NCBI GenBank assembly: GCA_963736115.1
Contig: CAVTNR010000030.1
Location: forward strand, 42,347-106,346
Length of the DNA: 64,000 nt
Source: an uncultured bacterium
Lineage (GTDB): Bacteria; Zhuqueibacterota; QNDG01; DTFT01
Direction of reading: 5' to 3'
In this document: in pieces, positions 60,857-64,000 of the stretch
Layout: each line of letters opens with the position of its first letter
Numbering within the stretch: position 1 is the stretch's first letter
Translations under genes and position numbers: made by a program
The notes under the pieces: model-generated
Databases searched by the model: none
What the model saw: the letters and a program-made list of their open reading frames with translations, nothing else
Told to the model about the DNA's origin: nothing

Positions 60857-61996
60857 ATGGCCGCGACCGAGAGAGCAGACATCTTGCACGCAAAAGCCCC
60901 TTCCGCGGATACCGGGTTGAAAATGGTGGCCGTGGGAGGGGGAAAAGGCGGTGTCGGCAAGACCGTCATGGCCGCGTCCATGGCCGTGGGCCTGGCCAGG
61001 CTCCACAAGAAAGTGGTGGCTGTGGATGCCGATTTCGGGGGCGCCAATCTCAATGCGGTGTTCGGATGCCCCCAGCCCGAGGCCACGATCAAGGATTATC
61101 TCGAATCGAAAACCGTTTCCCTCAACGACCTTCTCCACCAACCCACATCCATCGAAAACCTCTCCCTGATCAGCGGCGCTCCGGGATCGTACGGCCAGGC
61201 CAATCTGCATTACGGCCAGAAGCTCAGGCTCATGCGCGAGCTGAGAAAACTCGACGCCGATTTCGTGGTGCTCGATCTCGGCGCCGGGTCGCATTTCAAC
61301 GTGCTCGATCTTTTCACCGGCGCCGATCTGGCCGTGGTCGTGGTCAACCCAGACCCCCTGAGCATTCTCGAGGGGTTCGATTTCGTGCGCCACGGCCTGT
61401 TCCGCAAGATGGCCTTCGGCCTGCGCAAGCACAAGCAGGCGGCAGAGGCTTTTGCCGCTTTGGGACGCGAAGAGACCTACCGGTCGAACGAACCGTTCGA
61501 AGCGCGGATCAAGGGCATCATTGCCGAAGCGCCTGAAGCCGCGCCCGGAATCGAGGCTCTGAGAAAGGCCTTCGCCCCGGCCCTGCTCATCAACAAGCTG
61601 AGAGACCCGGCCGAAGTGCCGGAGTGCCTGGCCGTGCAGATCGCTGCGCAGGAACTGCTCGGAATCGACATGGATTATGCCGGGTGTGTGCATTACGACG
61701 AGACCGTGATGCGCTCCGTGCGCGAAGGCATGCCGTTTCTGGCCCTCGACGCCAAATCCCAGGCGTCCAGAGATCTCGCCGAGCTGGTCATCACCAAGAT
61801 CGTGTACCGCAGGCGCATTGCCGCGCTTCTCGACAGGCAGACCCTGAGGTCCAGGCTGAAGGACAAGTGGGGCGACACGCGGCGCACGGTCATGTGCACC
61901 GTGCAATGCCTGTACTGGGAAGAGTGCCCCTACAAAGAAGGCGGCTTTCCCTGTAAACTCCAGCACCTGGCGGGAATCGGAGGGTTTCAGACATGA
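60857..61996 (+). CDS. MinD/FleN(FlhG)-like ATPase with C-terminal Cys cluster
   Basis: GGGKGGVGKT, DADFGGANL, LDLGAG, INK; tail CTVQCLYWEECPYKEGGFPC. Confidence 0.88.
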   Translation: MAATERADILHAKAPSADTGLKMVAVGGGKGGVGKTVMAASMAVGLARLHKKVVAVDADFGGANLNAVFGCPQPEATIKDYLESKTVSLNDLLHQPTSIENLSLISGAPGSYGQANLHYGQKLRLMRELRKLDADFVVLDLGAGSHFNVLDLFTGADLAVVVVNPDPLSILEGFDFVRHGLFRKMAFGLRKHKQAAEAFAALGREETYRSNEPFEARIKGIIAEAPEAAPGIEALRKAFAPALLINKLRDPAEVPECLAVQIAAQELLGIDMDYAGCVHYDETVMRSVREGMPFLALDAKSQASRDLAELVITKIVYRRRIAALLDRQTLRSRLKDKWGDTRRTVMCTVQCLYWEECPYKEGGFPCKLQHLAGIGGFQT

Positions 61997-64000
61997 CCCC
62001 GAACAGAAACCAGGCCCAGCCTGTGCATGATCCGTCAGGCCGCGGCACCCGCCGCGAGTTCACTCTGCTGAATTACTGGGAACTCGTCATCCGCAGGCTG
62101 TGGACCATAGTGCCGATCGCGGTCGCGGTGTTTGTCGTCACCGCGTTGTGGACCTTCCTTCAGCCCAGGGTGTATGTTTCGAATGCCTCTTTCATGCTCG
62201 AGCCCAAGGAAACGTCCTTCGATGAACGCGCGTTCTTCGGCCAGGACCAGACAAGGCCCCTGGCCTATTATCAGTCCATTATCCGAAGCGTGCAGTTCCG
62301 GCAACAGCTCGAAGATTCGCTCCGTAAAAATCTTCCGGGCCGAAACGAGAAGGGCCAGCCCTATATCCTGAAGGACATCCGGGCCATGGCCAAAGAGGGT
62401 CTCAGCCTGAGAATCGGAGATTACGAGAACATGGTTCGCCTCACTGCGCGGGCGAACGACCCCCTTCTCGCTTTCAAGGCCGCCGTGTTCAGCGCCGACC
62501 TTCTGAAGAACCGGGCGCAGGAACTCGACCGGGAGGAGCTTTCGAACGCGGTGAACTTCATCGAGCAGCAGAAGGCCATGGCCATCGAACAGCTCGAGGC
62601 CGCGGAAAAGGCATTGCAGGAGTTCAAGGAGAAATCATCAGTCGTGGTGCTCGAAGCAGGGCGGCGTGGTGGGAGAACTGCAGAGGCTCGAGAATCAGCT
62701 GGTCGAGGTGCAGACCCAGAAACAGCTCGCCATGGCCAATCTCAGGGCATTCGAGAACCGGCTCAGCCAGTTCGGCAGGGGTGTGCGCCTGCCTTCCGCC
62801 TCCGAGCCGTCCGAGGCCGCGGGTCTCAGGCACGAAGTGGCTGATCTCGAGACCAAGGCGCGCGGCCTCAGAAGAGGGGTCTGAAGAGAGAGCCCGGCTT
62901 GACAGGCTTGTCGAGGATAAAAAGCGGGCTCTGGTCAATATTCTGCTGGCCAATGACCCGGGCGTGCGCGACGAGAAGTCGTCGAACGATTACCAGGCGC
63001 TCAAGGCCGCGCAGGAAGGCAAGGTCTCGGAAGAGCTGAACGTCTACGTGCTGGAAAACCGCGAGCGTTACTACAAGACGAAAATAGCGGAGTTCAAGAC
63101 CCGGCACCCCGATCTCGCGGACAACACGGTCGAATACATGCGCCTGATGCGGTCGAAAACCGTGTCCGAGAACCTCTATAACTTTCTTCTCGAGCACGGC
63201 GAAGAGTCGAAGATCAAGGCGGCCACGGGTTCAGGCGGCCTGCGCATCATGGACAGGGCGGTCGAGCCGGACGGCCCTGTGCCGGTCGAAGTGATTCGCA
63301 ACCTGCTCATGGGGTTGATGTTCGGTCTGGGCATGGGTTTCGGCGTGGCCCTGGTGCAGGAATACCTGGATCATTCGATCAAGTCAAGCAATGACATCGC
63401 GCAGTCCATCGGTCTTTCAGTCATGGGTCAGATTCCTGAATTTGACGAGGATATGACCGGTAAGAAAAAAACCTTCTCAGCGAAAATCAAGGAACTGACT
63501 GAAAAGAGCAAGTCTAAGGACGAGTCAAAGTCCAAATCCGCAACCAGAAAGCCCCTTCAGCTCATCACAGGCATGTCCGCCAAAAGCCCGGCCATGGAAG
63601 CTTACCGAACGCTCAGGGCCAATCTTCAGTTCGCGAATGTAGACACGAAAGTGCACACGCTCACCATCTCGAGCCCAGCGCCCGGAGAGGGAAAGAGCGT
63701 GACTTCAGCCAATCTGGCCATCGCTTTCGCCCTTCTCGGCGAGCCTGTGATTCTCGTGGACGCGGACATGCGCAAGCCCAGACAGCACAAGCTGTTCAGG
63801 ACATCCGCGTCTCCGGGGCTTTCCGACATGCTGGTCGAAGATTTACCGCTGTCCAAGGTCTTGCGCGACACATCAGTGCCGAATCTGAAATTGATTCCCG
63901 CGGGCCGCATTCCCCCGAATCCTTCCGAGATCCTGGCCTCTCAAAGAATGACGGATCTGTGCAATAAGTTGAAGAACGAAGCGAAGGTCGTCATTTGCGA
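61993..64000 (+). CDS. wzc: Wzc-like co-polymerase / BY-kinase 2 (frameshifted, runs off window)
   Basis: YWELVIRRLW, DYQALKAAQEGKVSEELNVYVL shared with paralog 1, SSPAPGEGKS, DADMRKP, PPNPSEIL. Confidence 0.88.

Overview
GC-rich bacterial chromosomal segment. A C25/PorU-like protease with a FlgD-Ig tail, TonB receptors and outer-membrane proteins suggest a diderm FCB-related lineage such as KSB1/Calditrichota-like (inference only). About 1-33 kb is mostly housekeeping and metabolism: pbpC, ddl, hypA/hypB, class II fba, PorU-like C25 protease, variant IscU, yigZ, a large-subunit ('type II'-like) ATP citrate lyase pair, formiminotransferase, and an eno-ftsB-OMP-RsbW-SpoIIE-rlmN-EamA run. About 32-36 kb holds a GntR/corrinoid/oxidoreductase trio. 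About 36-45.6 kb is an envelope cluster: CsgG-like protein, two lipoproteins, YfiR and three tandem paralogous TonB-dependent receptors with no cognate kinase or cyclase. About 45.9-64 kb is a surface-polysaccharide locus: GT2, wecD, wecE, methyltransferase, PAP2, cytidylyltransferase-GHMP kinase fusion, gmd, fcl, two wzc, epimerase, wza and a FleN-like ATPase, interrupted by two nucleotidyltransferase toxin-antitoxin-like pairs. The most striking unexplained structure is non-coding: a fixed-geometry motif GTCRYCCYGAG-N9-CYTGCT-N8-RAAGGRYC, plus a sister GTCATYCCCGC...GCGGGRATCCAGGGG palindrome, sits in one orientation just upstream of most genes or gene pairs of the glycan locus and brackets both TA pairs, giving a cassette-array-like organisation. 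Intergenic DNA also carries GTAG-type REP doublets with exchangeable nested hairpins and inverted heptamer arrays. Many frameshifts after ~49 kb look like sequencing indels. No rRNA, tRNA, CRISPR or transposase was recognised.
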